Shown here piece after piece: positions 22,529 through 36,599 of a stretch of 64,000 nt of DNA; the first letter of the stretch is position 1; each line of letters begins with the position of its first letter. The stretch lies in the NCBI GenBank assembly GCA_028826165.1, contig JAPDFW010000117.1:62001-126000 (forward strand), written 5' to 3'. The position numbers and the translations under genes are program-made. The notes below the pieces were generated by a model. The model saw nothing but the letters and a program-made list of their open reading frames with translations. It had not been told where the DNA came from and made no database searches. Origin of the DNA: Anaeramoeba ignava BMAN. Lineage: Eukaryota > Protista > Anaeramoebae.

Positions 22529-25500
22529 ATGAATTTGGTTCAAACTCCAAAATCAAAAAGATCTAAAAAATTAGGAAATGCAAAAGTAAAAAAAAAATTT
22601 ATTGAAAAATTATAAATAAAAACCAAATAAATTTAATTAAAAAAAAAAACAATAAAAAAAAGTTTCTTATAAATTGGTGTAATTGGAAATTATCTGTAAA
22701 AAATTTGAAAATTAACAATATTAAAGAAGATTTTAATAACGGACTTTTATTGATTCAACTTGCTGAAATTGTTTCAAAGAAAAAATGTTTATTAAAATAT
22801 AAAGAAAAACCTAAAAATAAAAGAGAAAATACTGAAAATTGTTCAAATGCACTAAGTTTTCTTAGAAGTCTTGGTGTTATTGATACAAGAAATTTGGCAA
22901 TAAATTCAAATGGTATAATTATAGCCAAAATTATTCCTTATTTTGTTCTCGTTCTGTTTTAATTACTTTATATTTATAGATATTGTTAATGGTGATGAAA
23001 AAAAAATATTAGAATTGATTCAATCTATCATTTTAAAATTTGAGTTATTAAGATTTAGTTTGTCTCAGAAAACTACAAAATTTGGAACTTATAATTATTT
23101 GATTCCTTTGGAATCTATTCAGAAAAAATTATTGGTTTGGATGCGCAGAAAATGTCAAGAATATAAAATTACGATTGATAATTTTCCATCAAGGTTTTTT
23201 TCAATTATAATTTATAATTTAAAAATCAAATTTATAATTTAATATTCAAATTATTTCAATTATAGTTTTAATGATGGATTAGCTTATTCAGCTTTACTAG
23301 CTTCATATTTTCCTGAATCTATTGATATTACAAAAGCTTGATCCTGTAAATAAAAATCAAATTCAAAATTTAAATTCAAAATTAAAATTAAAATTAAAAT
23401 TAAAATCAAATTCAAATTCAAATTCAAATTCAAATTCAAATTCAAATTCAAATTCAAATTCAATTTAAATTCAAAAATCAAATTTAAATCAAAATTTAAA
23501 TTCAAAATTAAAATTAAATTCTAATCAAAATTTAAATTCAAATTTAAATTCAAATTTAGAAAAATGGAGAATTTAATTTAACTCAAGCCTTTGAATTAGC
23601 AACAAAATTAATGTCTATTCCTAAACTTCTTGAACCCAAAGAAATTATATCAGGAAAAGTTGATTCTTTTTCTCATTTAGTTTATATTTCTCAATTTTAT
23701 AAATATAATAAAGTAATCTTGAAATTAAAATTAAAATTAAAATTAAAATTGGAATTGAAATTGAAAAATTATCAAATTATTTATTTTTTAGAAATTAAAA
23801 ATGAAAAAAGAAAAGGAAAACAATGAAGAAGAAAAAGAAAAAGAAAAAAAGAAAGAAAAAGAAGTTAAAAAACAAACTTATTTAAGAAAATTTTCAAAAA
23901 CTCCAACAAAATTAACATTCAAACAAACTCGAAAATCAGGAAAACATTCAAAAAGTTCACATGCACTTCATAAAAAAGTTGGAAATATGCAAAGTTTTTA
24001 TCAATTTATTCTTTTTAAATATCAAATTAAAATTAGAAAGTTTTAAAATTTATTTTTATTATTAATTTTTTAATTAGAAGAAGAACCAAAAATTAAGTTG
24101 AAAAATATTAATTATTCAAATGATGAAGTTATAGTTGAATGGGAAAATATTAATGAATTAAATTTATCAGGAATTTATGAAGTAAAATATAATTCAATTA
24201 ATAATAAATATTTAAATTAATAATAAATATTTAAATTAATAATAAATATTTAAAATAATAATAAATATTTGAATTAATAATAAATATCCAAAATGATAAT
24301 AAATATCCAAAATAATAATAAATATTTAAAATAATAAATATTTAAAATAATAATAAATATCCAAAATAATAATAATAAATATTTAAAATAATAATAAATA
24401 TTTAAATTAATAATAAATATCCAAAATAATAATAAATATTTAAATTAATAATAAATATTCAAAATAATAATAAATATTTAAATTAATAATAAATATTTGA
24501 ATTAAATAATAAATATTTAAAATAATAATAAATATTTAAAATAATAAGGTTCTTCTTGAAGATCCAATAGGAAATAAACATTCATTCAAAGATATTTCAG
24601 AAACAAAATTAATGATTCAACACTTAAATCCAAAAACAAAATATAAAATTTATATTCGTCTTCAAACAGAAAAAGGAAGTTGGGATATTGAAACAGAAAT
24701 TATTACAGAAAGTATTAAAAAAGAATAATTCCAAAAATTAAATTTAATTTAATTTAATTTGAATTTAATTTGATTTAATTTGATTTTATAAGATTGTTTG
24801 CCAGAAAAAATAGAAGATGTTAAAATGACCCCATCATTTGAATCATGTTTAGTTCAGTGGTATTTACCCAAAGACTCAAAAAGTGTAGTTTCGTATTATG
24901 AACTTCAAATTTATGAAGAAGAAGATGAAAAATATTTAGAAAACACAGTTAATAATGAAATTGTATTAAGAAATTTATTAATGGGAACAAAATATTCTTT
25001 TAGAATAAGATCTTTTAATGAAAAAGGAAACTCAGAATGGAGTAATTTTTATCATTTCAGAACAATGTTTAGTTTGGTTCCTTCTATTGTTTATGAAATC
25101 AAATGTGAAAAAATTGATGAAAATCGAAAAATGGTTCAATGGAATTTTCCAAATTCAGAAAATTTTCCAATTGATTATTTTCAATTAGATATTAATGGAA
25201 TGATTATTGAATATCTTGTGGATAATTTTTATGAAATTGAAAATTGTGAAAATGATAAAAAATATACAATCAAAGTTCGATCACATAATAATAATGGTAT
25301 CAAAATCAAAATATTTAAATAAAAATATCTAAATCAAAATATCTAAATAAAAATATTAAAATAGAAATATTTAAAATAGAAATATTTAAATCAAAATATT
25401 AAAATCAAAATATTTAAATCAAAATATTTAAATCAAAATATTTAAATCAAAATATTTAAATAGAAATATTCAAATAGAAATATCAAAATCAAAATATTAA

Positions 25501-26760
25501 AATAAATATTTAAATAGAAATATTTAAAATAGAAATATTTAAATCAAAAATATTTAAATCAAAATATTTAAATCAAAATATTTAAATCAAAATATTTAAA
25601 TCAAAATATTTAAATCAAAATATTTAAAATAGAAATATTTAAATCAAAATATTTAAATCAAAATATCAAAATCAAAATATTTAAATAGAAATATTTAAAA
25701 TCAAAATATTTAAATCAAAATATCTAAATAAAAATATTTAAATCAAAATATTTAAATCAAAATATTTAAATCAAAATATTTAAATCAATATTATTTAAAT
25801 CAAAAATATTTAAAATAGAAATATTTAAATAAAAATATTTAAAATAGAAATATTCAAAATAGAAATATTCAAATATAAATATTAAAATAGAAATATTTAA
25901 AAGAAATATTTAAAAGAAATATTTAAAATCAAAATATTTAAAATAATATTCAAAATAAATATAACTTCAATTTAGGATTTTCTGAATGGTCAATGGAACA
26001 AACAATTCCAACAAATAGTAATCAAGCAAAATTAAAGCAATGTATTGCTCAAAATAATCAAGTGTATTTGAATTGGGAATATCAAATCAATTATCCAAAA
26101 ATTGAATATAGTGAAATATATTTAATTAATTCTTTTTTTGGATTTGAAAGATTTATTGGATGCAAAAAAAACTCAATTATTATCAACAATTTAACTACAA
26201 ATAAAGATTATATTGTTTATATCAGAAATTTTGATGGTAAATTTTATTCTGAATGGAGTTCAAATTATAAGTTTAAAACATTAAGGAATTCTGAAGGAGA
26301 AAAAATAAATTTTGAAAATATAAAAATTTCTGAATTTCAAAATCAAATGAAAGATTATGAAAAGAATAGGATTCATCAATATCCAAAAATTTCAACAAAT
26401 TACACTGAAAGATCTAATTCAAATACAAAATCCAATTCAAATTCAAATTCAAATTCAAATTTAAATTCAAATTCAAATTTAAATTCTGATTTAAATTCAG
26501 ATTCTATTTCAGTGAATATTGATCTTGATGAAAAAAAAGATTCGCAAGATTTTGGAGAATCACCAAATATGTGGGAAAATATTGATGTTGAGAAATTTAT
26601 TCATGAAAAAATTGAAGATGTTAAAAATGTACCTAAAGTGAAAAATAAAAATGAAATTGATTATGATGATGATTGGGAAAGTTTAAGTCCTCAAGAACAA
26701 TCTCCTCGGTTATTTCAACCAATTTCACCTGAAGATGATAGAGAAAATAATTTTGATTGA
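22529..26760 (+). CDS. Tandem calponin-homology (actinin-type actin-binding) + ~4 fibronectin type III domain protein, ~10 exons; one apparent +1 homopolymer frameshift near 23333
   Basis: CH1: FLINWCNWKL..EDFNNGLLLIQLAEIVS..ENCSNALSFL..DIVNGDEKKILELIQSIILKF. CH2: KKLLVWMRRKCQEY..SFNDGLAYSALL..FNLTQAFELATKLMSIPKLLEP. FN3: VQW..YYELQI..LLMGTKYSFRIRSFNEKGNSEWS. Confidence 0.85.
24190..24545. repeat. ~18 bp intronic satellite (AATAATAAATATTTAAA)
   Basis: Directly visible tandem units. Confidence 0.8.
25300..25960. repeat. ~14 bp intronic satellite (AAATCAAAATATTT)
   Basis: Directly visible tandem units. Confidence 0.85.
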
Positions 26761-26859
26761 AAAAGAAAAAAACAATTATTTTTTTTTGTTCATTTTTGAT
26801 CAATTTAAATAAATGATTTAAGTATTTTTTTTATTGGAATTTTTTTGTGGAATTTTTAT

Positions 26860-27900
26860 TAAATTGATTATTAAATTGATTTTAAATTGATTTTAAATTG
26901 ATTTTAAATTGATTTTAAATTGATTTTAAATTGATATTAAATTGATTTTAAATTGATTTTAAATTGATTTTAAATTGATTTTAAATTGATTTTAAATTGA
27001 TTTTAAATTGATTTTAAATTGATTTTAAATTGATTTTAATTTGATTTTAAATTGGTTTTAAATTGATTTTAAATTGATTTTAAATTGATTATAAATTGAA
27101 TATTAAATTGATTTTTAAATCGATTTTAAATTGATTTTAAATTGATTATTAAATTGATTTTAAATTGATTTTAAATTTTGATTGTTAAATTGATTTTAAA
27201 TTGATTATTAAATTGATTTTAAATTGATTTTAAATTTTGATTGTTAAATTGATTTTAAATTGATTTTAATTTGATTTTAAATTGATTTTAATTTGATTTT
27301 AATTTGATTTTAAATTGATTTTAAATTGATTATTAAATTGGTTTTAAATTGATTTTAAATTAATTATTAAATTGATATTAAATTGATTTTAAATTGATTT
27401 TAAATTGATTTTAAATTGATTATTAAATTGATTTTAAATTGATTATTAAATTGATTTTAAATTGATTTTAAATTGATTTTAAATTGATTTTAAATTGATA
27501 TTAAATTGATATTAAATTGATTTTTAAATCGATTTTAAATTGATTTTAAATTGATTTTAAATTGATATTAAATTGATTTTAAATTGATTTTAAATTGATT
27601 ATTAAATTGATTATAAATTGAATATTAAATTGATTTTTAAATCGATTTTTAAATTAATTTTTAAATTGATTTTAAATTGATTTTAAATTGATATTAAATT
27701 GCTTATTAAATTGATTTTAAATCGATTTTAAATTAATTTTTAAATTGATTTTAAATTGATTTTAAATTGATTATAAATTGATTTTAAATAGATTTTAAAT
27801 TGATTTTAAATAGATCTTAAATTGATATTAAATTGATTTTAAATTGATTTTAAATTGATTTTAAATTGATTTTAAATTGATTTTTAAATAGATTTTTAAA
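26860..27900. repeat. Intergenic 11 bp satellite (AAATTGATTTT)n, ~1 kb
   Basis: Directly visible, fairly homogeneous array between the CH-FN3 stop and the next gene. Confidence 0.92.
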
Positions 27901-28251
27901 TTTTTGATTGTTTTTATTTGTTGAATTTTCTTAAAATTGAATAAACCAATTTTTTTTTTATTGATCAAAAATTAATTAAATTAAAAATTATTTTTTTTCA
28001 CTTTTTATTTTATTAATTAAATTTAAATTTAAATGCCACTTCATTACTTTTTCTTTTTTCTTTTTTTTAAATGAAAAAAATTATTCAAAAAAATTATTTT
28101 TCATTTTTTTTCTTTTCATTTTTATTTTCTTTTATTTTCTTTAATTTAATTTTTTTTTCTTTAATTTTATTTAATTTTTTTTGCTATATAAAAAAAAAAA
28201 CCTTTAAAACTTTAAAAAAAAACTGTTTTTTTTTCTTTTCTTTTCTTTAAA

Positions 28252-31200
28252 ATGGTAATTAAAATTATTTATAAATCTTTTTTTAATTTAAAACGATCAG
28301 TTTTTTTATTAAAAAAAAAATAAAAAAAAAAAAAAATTTTTTTTTTCATCAAATAAAAATATCAAAATAATAAAGATAAAAACAAAAATAAAAATTACGA
28401 ATATTTTTTAAATTGATTTTTTTATTTATTTTTTTAATAAAAGGATTCTTTTCAAGCTATTATTTCAATAAATCAACCAAATATTCCAAAAACAAATTGT
28501 TTAATTCAACTTTTTGAATCAGTATTAAAATTTCAATTACCAAATGCTTCAGTTATTGATTTTGAAATTGATTTTGATACAAAAGTATTTTTATAAATCA
28601 AAATATAAAATTAAAATTAAAATATAAATCAAATTTAAAATTAAAATTAAAATTAAAATTAAAATTAAAATTAAAATTAATATTAAAATTAAAATTTAAA
28701 TTAAAATTAAAATATAAAATTAAAATTAAAATTAAAATATAAAATCAAAATCAAAATTAAAATTAAATTAAAAATTAAAATTAAAAATTAAAATTAAAAT
28801 CAAAAAAAATCAAAATTAAAATCAAAATTCAAATTTAAAATTAAATTTAAAATTAAAATTAAAATTAAAATTAAAATTAAAATTAAAATCAAAATTAAAA
28901 TTAAAAATTAAATTCAAAATTAAAATTATAATTAAAATTAAAATTAAAATTAAAAATTAAAATTTAAAATCAAAAAAAAAAATAAAAAATTAAAATTTAA
29001 AATTAAAATTAAAATTAATATTAAAATTAAATTTAAAATCAAAATTAAAATTAAAATTAAAATTAAAATTAAAATCAAAATTAAAATTAAAAATAAAAAT
29101 AAAATCAAAATCAAAATTAAAATTAAAATATAAAATTAAAATTAAAATTAAAATTTAAAATTAAAATTAAAATTAAAATTAAAATTTAAAATTAAAATTA
29201 AAATCAAAAATAAAAATTAAAATTAAAATTAAAATTCAAAATAGATTAAAAAACAAAACACAAAATGCTTGTTAACTTTTTATGGAAACAAAAAAATTAA
29301 AATTAAATTTCAAACATTACAAAAATGTGAAGAATTTCATAATTATTTTCAAATACAAAAAAAGGAAAAAGAAAAAAATGCAAATCATTATGAAATTAAA
29401 CTTATAAAAATAATTAATGAAAATTTATCATTTTATATTTCAAAACTTACAATAACAAAAAACATGATAATTATAACTCAAAAAAAAACAAATGAACAAA
29501 TAAAAATCAATTTAAATCAAAAAATTATGATATTTGCTCACAAAAAAAATGAATCAAATCTTGCAATTCATATTTCAAATTCTTCACCAATTTTCATTCG
29601 ATTTAAAAACAAAAATGAAAGAGAAAAATTTTCAAAACAATTTTCGGAAATTCATAATCAAAATCCACAAAATCCAAAAAATATAAAAAATACAAAAAAT
29701 ATAAAAAATATAAAAAATACAAAAAATCATTTAGAAAGTGAATCAACTGAATCAACTGAATCAACTAATTCAACTAAATCAACTGAATCAACTAATTCAA
29801 CTAAATCAACTAAATCAACTAAATCAACTAAATCAACTAAATCAACTAAATCAACTAAATCAACTAAATCAACTAATTCAACTAATTCAACTAATTCAAC
29901 TAAATCAAATGAAAAAAATGAAAAAAATGAAAAAAATGAAAAAAATAAATCAAATAAAAAAAATGAAGAAAATGAAATTCAACAAATACTTTTTGAAAAT
30001 GCGCTTGAAGATTTAAATATATTTAGTTTTGATGAAAATTTTAGTGAAAATTCAAATCCAGATTTAAATTTATTTAATTTTAATGACAAATTTAGTGAAT
30101 ATTTTAATGAAAATTCAGCAGAAAATTTAACAGAAATTTTAGATGAAAATTTGTTTTCTGAAGTAGATTTTATATTTGATGGTGAATCAGATAGTCCACT
30201 TAAATCAAAATCAAAATCAAAATCTAAACAAAAATCAAAATCAAAACAAAAATCAAAATCTAAATCTAAACAAAAATCAAAATCAAAATCAAAATCAAAA
30301 TCAAAATCAAAATCAAAATTAAATCAAGAATTAAATCAAAAAGAAAATCAAAAAGAAAATCAAAATCAAAAAATAAATTCAAATTCAAATTCAAAATCAA
30401 ATCAAAATCATAATCAGGAACCAACATTAAAATCAAAATTAAAATCAAAAGCAAAATCAAATCCAAATTTAACTTTAACTCAAAATATGATTCAAAAACA
30501 AAATCAAAAAGAAATACGAAAAAAGAAACAAAATAACCCAAATCAAACCCAAGAAAATATTTTCATCTTTGAAGAAGAATTAGAAAATAAATTAAAACAA
30601 GAAACAAAAAATTTATCAACAAGCCAACCAATTTTATATAGTAAAAAAGGATATAATAAAATTATTCAAGATTCAAAAGATACAAAAAAAGGAGAAGAAA
30701 CTGATTCACAATCAGAAGCACCATTTAGTTTAGTAGCAACATATCAAGTAGATATTTAAAAAATATTTAAAAAATATTTAAATTTAATTTTAATATAATT
30801 TTAATTTTAATTAATTTGAAAAAGGTTTTGCAAATCTCAAAAAGAAAAACAGAATCAGTTCGAATTTCAATCTTAAAATCAGGACTCAAAATAAAAAAAC
30901 AAATGGGAATTGAAAGATTAAACTTCACAGAAAAAATGAAAATAACCAAAAACAAATCCAAAAATCAAGAAATCAAACTCAAAGTAGATCGGAAAGAAAA
31001 TCATCGATTCAGATTTAAAACACATGAAGAAAGAGAATTATTTTATACAAAATTTATATATTATTGGAAGAAAAGAATGCAAAAAATACAAAACTTAGAA
31101 AAAGGATTCATTGTTTCAACATCAAGTGAAAGTGAAAATGAAGGATTTGAAAGAATGGTGAATGGAAACTTATTATTTACAGCAATGCTATTAGAAAGTC

Positions 31201-31955
31201 AAAATACACATTGTCAAATTGTTTTATCAAAAAAATGGTTCATGGTTCAAATACTTTATAAAGCACAATTTGTATTCGATTATTCTTTGGAAGACCAACT
31301 TTTCTCCTCACATGAAATACCTAAAGTGGGGATTCAAGTCAACGATTCTTTTATGGGGTTTTTATTTTCAAGTTTCGAAAAACGCAACAAGTTTATTGAA
31401 AACTTTTTATTTTTCCAAAAAGAATTTAAAGTGAAAAAATCAAGAAAAAAATCAGCAAAAAAAATACCATTTGATACGACTCAAAAAACATACAAAAAGG
31501 AAAGCCATTCCATGTCAAACTCACCAAAATCACCATACAATAGAGTATTATCAGCATCACCTAAAAAAAGACTATTTTGTCCAAATACTAATGAAGACGA
31601 AAGAGTTTTCAAAGTGAAATTAATCACTGATTGGGGTGATCCAATTCATGGTGATTGCATAATTCGACCAGAAATGTTCACCATTTCCACAAAGAAAAAT
31701 ACTGTTGTAATTCCTCTTCAAAAAATAGTTGCTGTTCCTCAATCAGAATTCCCTCAAAATAAGTTAATCAAAATAATTTTGGAAGATCCAACTACTTTAT
31801 CTTCAGAACATTTAGTTTTATTTAAAACTCCTGAAAAAGCTAAGGAATTTCTTAACTTCTTATATGATTTGGCTCCAAATTCAACTGGTGTTCGTCCTCC
31901 TCAAGAAATTCGTAAAATGCTAAAAGAAAGTTCAAGTGGAAGTGAATTTGTTTGA
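28252..31955 (+). CDS. Hypothetical protein with ~5 PH-like repeats; exons 28252-28254 (ATG only), 28444-28584, 29245-30747, 30825-31955
   Basis: ATG|gtaatt, with phase-0 introns joining ORFs 29269-30759 and 30816-31955. Recurrent strand+helix motif (IFIRFKNKNEREKFSKQF, HRFRFKTHEERELFYTKF, GFLFSSFEKRNKFIENF). Confidence 0.7.
28590..29240. repeat. (AAAATT)n intronic satellite
   Basis: Directly visible. Confidence 0.9.
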
Positions 31956-32136
31956 ACTTTATTTTGGATTTTATATTGATTTTTTTCAATTGTTTTTGTT
32001 TTGACACTTTTTTCTTTTTTTTTTAGAAAGAAAAATTTTTAAAAAAGGAAAAAAAAAATTTTTTTATTTTTTGGGATTTTAATTTTGAATTTTGAATTTG
32101 AATTAAAAATTTGAATTGAAAATTTTTCTTGTTTGT

Positions 32137-35100
32137 TTAATTGGAATTTTGAAAAGATTGGAAACTTGAAACAAATGAATTTCTTTGTTCTTCATCATCA
32201 AAAGCAATCATAACGGAAATGCTATTGAATTTCAATCGTAAAATATTATGAAATTTTGGATGAGATTCAAGAAGAATTTTTTGAGGATTTTTTTCAATAA
32301 TTTGTTTGTGATCTCTTTGATCCTCATAACAAAATCCATCAACAAAGGAGACTTTAATAGAAGAGATCTTCTCAAACTTTGAGTTTACAATAGTGAGAGT
32401 AAATTGCTTTGATTGAGCTTGTTGTTTTCTTTGCTTTTTGAGCTCATGAAATTTTTGCGAAAATTGACGAACATATTGAAGTGAAGGAAATTTGATCAAA
32501 ATTGGCTGTTCTGAAGACTCAAAAGTGATTTGATAAACACACGGTCTTTTTGTATGCTTCCTGATCTTGGCATTTGTTTGGGCGTTGATGAGAAACTCCT
32601 TCTCAGTAGTGAATATTTTTATGAAGAGATCTGAGAAGACCATTTCACCCGTATCGAGAATTTTCAAATCCTTTGATAAAATATCGAGATGGATACTGTT
32701 TTGATTGAGCTTTTCTTGAGATGTGTTTTGTTTGGGATCTTCCTGGAGTTTCTCCATGAACAAAAGAAGCTTGTGTGAAGAGTGGAAGGATATAACAAGA
32801 TGTTCTGAGCCAGGAAACAAGATTTTTCCCAAACGTGGATTTGTTTTATGAGCAAAAAACTTGATCTCGGACTTTGGAGCCTGAGTTGTGAACGGAAGAG
32901 AGTCGACAATAAGCTTGACAGTGGAGTTTTCTGTCTCGATGATTCCGTCACCGAAGTAGTTTTTGAACGGGATTGAGACAACAACTGAAAAAATGGAAGG
33001 AATTTTTTTTTCATCATTTTTTGGATCATCTTCTTGATCATCACTGCTTTCATCCTCGCTTTCAAATGTCTGGCGAGACTTCGAAGTGGATGTCAAAGAT
33101 GTTGTATCTGCTGTTGATTGGGACGAATATGAGCGTGTGGAGTTTGTTTGTGAGGATTTTGTGAGGGAGATGTCTGAGGTTGTTGAAGTTGTTGAGGTTG
33201 TCACGACTTGGTTATTTAAATTTTCAGAACTGTTCTTCTTAGTATTGTCGCTATAACCGAGCTTGATTGAATGTTCTTTGAAGAATTTATACAGCATTAG
33301 GAAATGTTCTGCTTGTTTTTGTGACGGAAATTTGACGAAATACGAGTGTGTTTTGAAATTTATTCTCGCAAGAATTAGCGATTGTGGTTCAAAATAGATC
33401 TTGAGCTGCTTGTTGTATCTTGTTCGTGTGATGTTTTCAGGAGTGACTACGTTGAACTCCTTTTCTTTAAGCACTAGATATGCTTCTTGTTTTGTTTGGA
33501 ACAATTCATCCAAAATTTCAACAAGAAATTTCACTTCGCAAATTTTTTGATCAAGTTCAAGCATTTCATCAAGTTTGGATTTCGCTTTGGACTTCTTTGG
33601 CTTCTTTTCTTGCTTCTTTTTCTGCGTCTTTGGCTTCTTCTTTGTCTTTTCTTTCTTTTTATTTTTCTGGTTTTTTTGCTGATCTTTTTTCTCGTTTTTT
33701 TCTTTTGATTTTAAATATTGGATCACATTTTTATATTTTTTGCCCTTATTTTTTTGTGCCAAAATGATGTGCTTGATTTTGGTAAATTCCTCCACAAACA
33801 AATATCTTTCTTCATGATTGCTAAAAAGTATGAAAAAAGTTTTTCGATCGAAAATCAATTTTATCACATTTGAATTTTGAGGATGAATTTTGATTTTAGT
33901 GTTTTGATTGATTTCTTGCTCAAAACTTTGTGCCTTTTGATAAACAGTGATTTTTTTGTTGACTAATGTTATGCTTCCTGTTTCTTTGATTTCATTGTTT
34001 GAATCAAGAAAATGAACTTCGAAAAAATTTCTTTTGGATAATATTTGATTTTCGTAAAAATCTGTTTGAACTTGTTTTAAGATCAAAATCATTTGAGTTT
34101 TATCAAGTTTTTCTAGTGCTTTTTCTGGGACTCCTTGTTTTTTAGAGATTTTTTTGAATTGTTCTATTACGTTTGATGGTGTTCTTTTTATTTATATTTA
34201 TATTTATATTTATATTTATATTTATATTTATATTTATATTTATATTTATATTTATATTTATATTTAATTTATATTTATATTTTATATTTATATTTATATT
34301 TATATTTATATTTATATTTATATTTATATTTATATTTATATTTATATTTATATTTATATTTATATTTATATTTATATTTATATTTATATTTATATTTATA
34401 TTTATATTTATATATTTATATTTATATTTATATTTATATTTATATTTATATTTATATTTATATTTATATTTATATTTATATTTATATTTATATTTATATT
34501 TATATTTATATTTATATTTTATATTTATATTTATATTTATATTTATATTTTATATTTATATATATTTATTTTATATTTATATTTATATTTATATTTATAT
34601 TTATATTTATATTTATATTTATATTTATATTTATATTTATATTTATATTTATATTTATATTTATATTTATATTTATATTTATATTTTATGTTTATATTTA
34701 TGTTTATATTTTATATTAAATTTTTATATTTATATTTTATATTTATATTTATATTTATATTTATATTTATATTTATATTTATATTTATATTTATGTTTAT
34801 ATGTTTATGTTTATATTTTATATTTATGTTTTATGTTATATTTTATGTTTATATTTATATTTATTTATAATTTATTTTATATTTTATATTTTATATTTTA
34901 TATTTATATTTTATATTATATTTATATTTATATTTATATTTATATTTATATTTATATTTATATTTATATTTATATTTATATTTATATTTATATTTATATT
35001 TTATATTTATATTTATATTTATATTTATATTTATATTTATTTATATTTATATTTATATTTATATTTATATTTATATTTATATTTATATTTATATTTATAT

Positions 35101-35871
35101 TTATATTTATATTTATATTTATATTTATATTTATATTTATATTTATATTTATATTTATATTTATATTTATATTTATATTTATAATTATTTATATTTATAT
35201 TTATATTAATATTTATATTTATATTTATATTTATATTTATATTTATATTTATATTTATATTTATATTTATATTTATATTTATATTTATATTTATATTTAT
35301 ATTTATATTTATATTTATATTTAATTATATTTATATTTATATTTATATTTATATTTATATTTAATTTATATTTATATTTTGAAAATTTGAAATCATTATT
35401 ATTTTAATTTATATTTTTGTTTTATATTTAAAACCAATTATTTATATATATTTTATATTTTATATTTATATTTATAATTTTTATATTTATATTTAAATTT
35501 ATTTATAAGAGAATTATTTTTATAAAATATTTATATTTATATTTATAATTATATTTATATTTATATTTATATTTATATATATATTTATATTTATATTTAT
35601 ATATATATTTATATTTATATTTATATTTATATTTATATTTATATTTATATTTATAATTATATTTGATTTATATTTAGATTTATATTTATATTTATATTTA
35701 GATTTATATTTATATTTACAAATTTGAACCAAATTGAGGTAAAATAAGTTGAATTGCTTGGCAAAGATATTTTTGAAAAGTTAAATCATCAATATTAGGA
35801 GTAATTTCAGCTTTCACGACTTCTGAAAACCAATTATAATGTTGTGCAATTAAATCTTTTGAACTTATCAT
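32137..35871 (-). CDS. Hypothetical protein with degenerate CH-like N-terminus and ~5 PH-like repeats; exons 35871-35720, 34183-32137
   Basis: Phase-2 intron joins [29 protein letters not shown] to the 651-aa ORF. Repeated motif [17 protein letters not shown] / [17 protein letters not shown] / [17 protein letters not shown]. Confidence 0.72.
34190..35715. repeat. (TATATT)n hexamer satellite, ~1.5 kb, intronic
   Basis: Directly visible; accounts for the spurious FI/YI/YL ORFs. Confidence 0.95.
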
Positions 35872-36599
35872 TTTTAAATTAAATCCAACAATTTTTTTTT
35901 AAGAATAACTAATAAAAAATAAACAAAATAACAAAAAAAAAAACAATAAGAGAATGAAAGAAAACAAAAAGAAACAAAAAAACTAATTGATAAAGTATTA
36001 AAAGAAAATGAAAGAAGAAAAAAATAAATTAAAAATTTTCTTTTTTATTTTCTTTTTAAAACTAATTTTTAGAATGACTCATCAAGCTTTTTAATTAAAA
36101 AAATTAAATAAAAAATTTCAACTTTCCTTCTTTTTTTCTTTTCATTTCTTCTTTTCTTTTCTTTTCATTTTTGTTCCTAATTTCAATTTAGATCAATTAT
36201 AAAGAAAAAAAATTTTTTTCTTTTTAATAAAATAAGATCAATTCAAAAATTTCTTTTTCTTTTTATTTTTTATTTTTTTAAATCAATTAAAAGCAAAATT
36301 AAAATTGGATTTGGAATTAAATTTAGAATTGAAATTGGAATTAAAATTGAAATTGAATATTAAATTTGAAATGAAAATTGAAATTGAAATTGAAATTAAA
36401 ATTAAATTTGGAATTGAAATTGAAATTGAAATTGAAATTGAAATTGGATTTGGAATTAGATTTGAAATTAAAATTGAAATTGAAATTGGAATTGAAATTG
36501 AAATTAAAATTAAAATTGAAATTAAAATTAAAATTGAAATTAAAATTGAAATTAAAATTGAATATTAAAATTTAAATTTAAATCTGGATTTGAATTTCT

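Noticed and set aside
23339-23341. In-frame TGA in the CH2 exon as possible selenocysteine, given PSTK nearby
   Set aside because: Removing one A from the run at 23332-23335 gives IDITKLDP|gt in the phase required by the next exon; a homopolymer error is far simpler.
24791-24797. AG-ATT-GT in the CH-FN3 gene resembling a microexon
   Set aside because: It is the start of a long phase-1 exon (a|AT TGT TTG CCA GAA) that continues in frame. It shows that isolated chance matches occur, unlike the regular pairs at 16.7-18.8 kb.
34173-35324. 383-aa FI/YI/YL ORF and overlapping ORFs
   Set aside because: Stop-free translation of the intronic (TATATT)n satellite.
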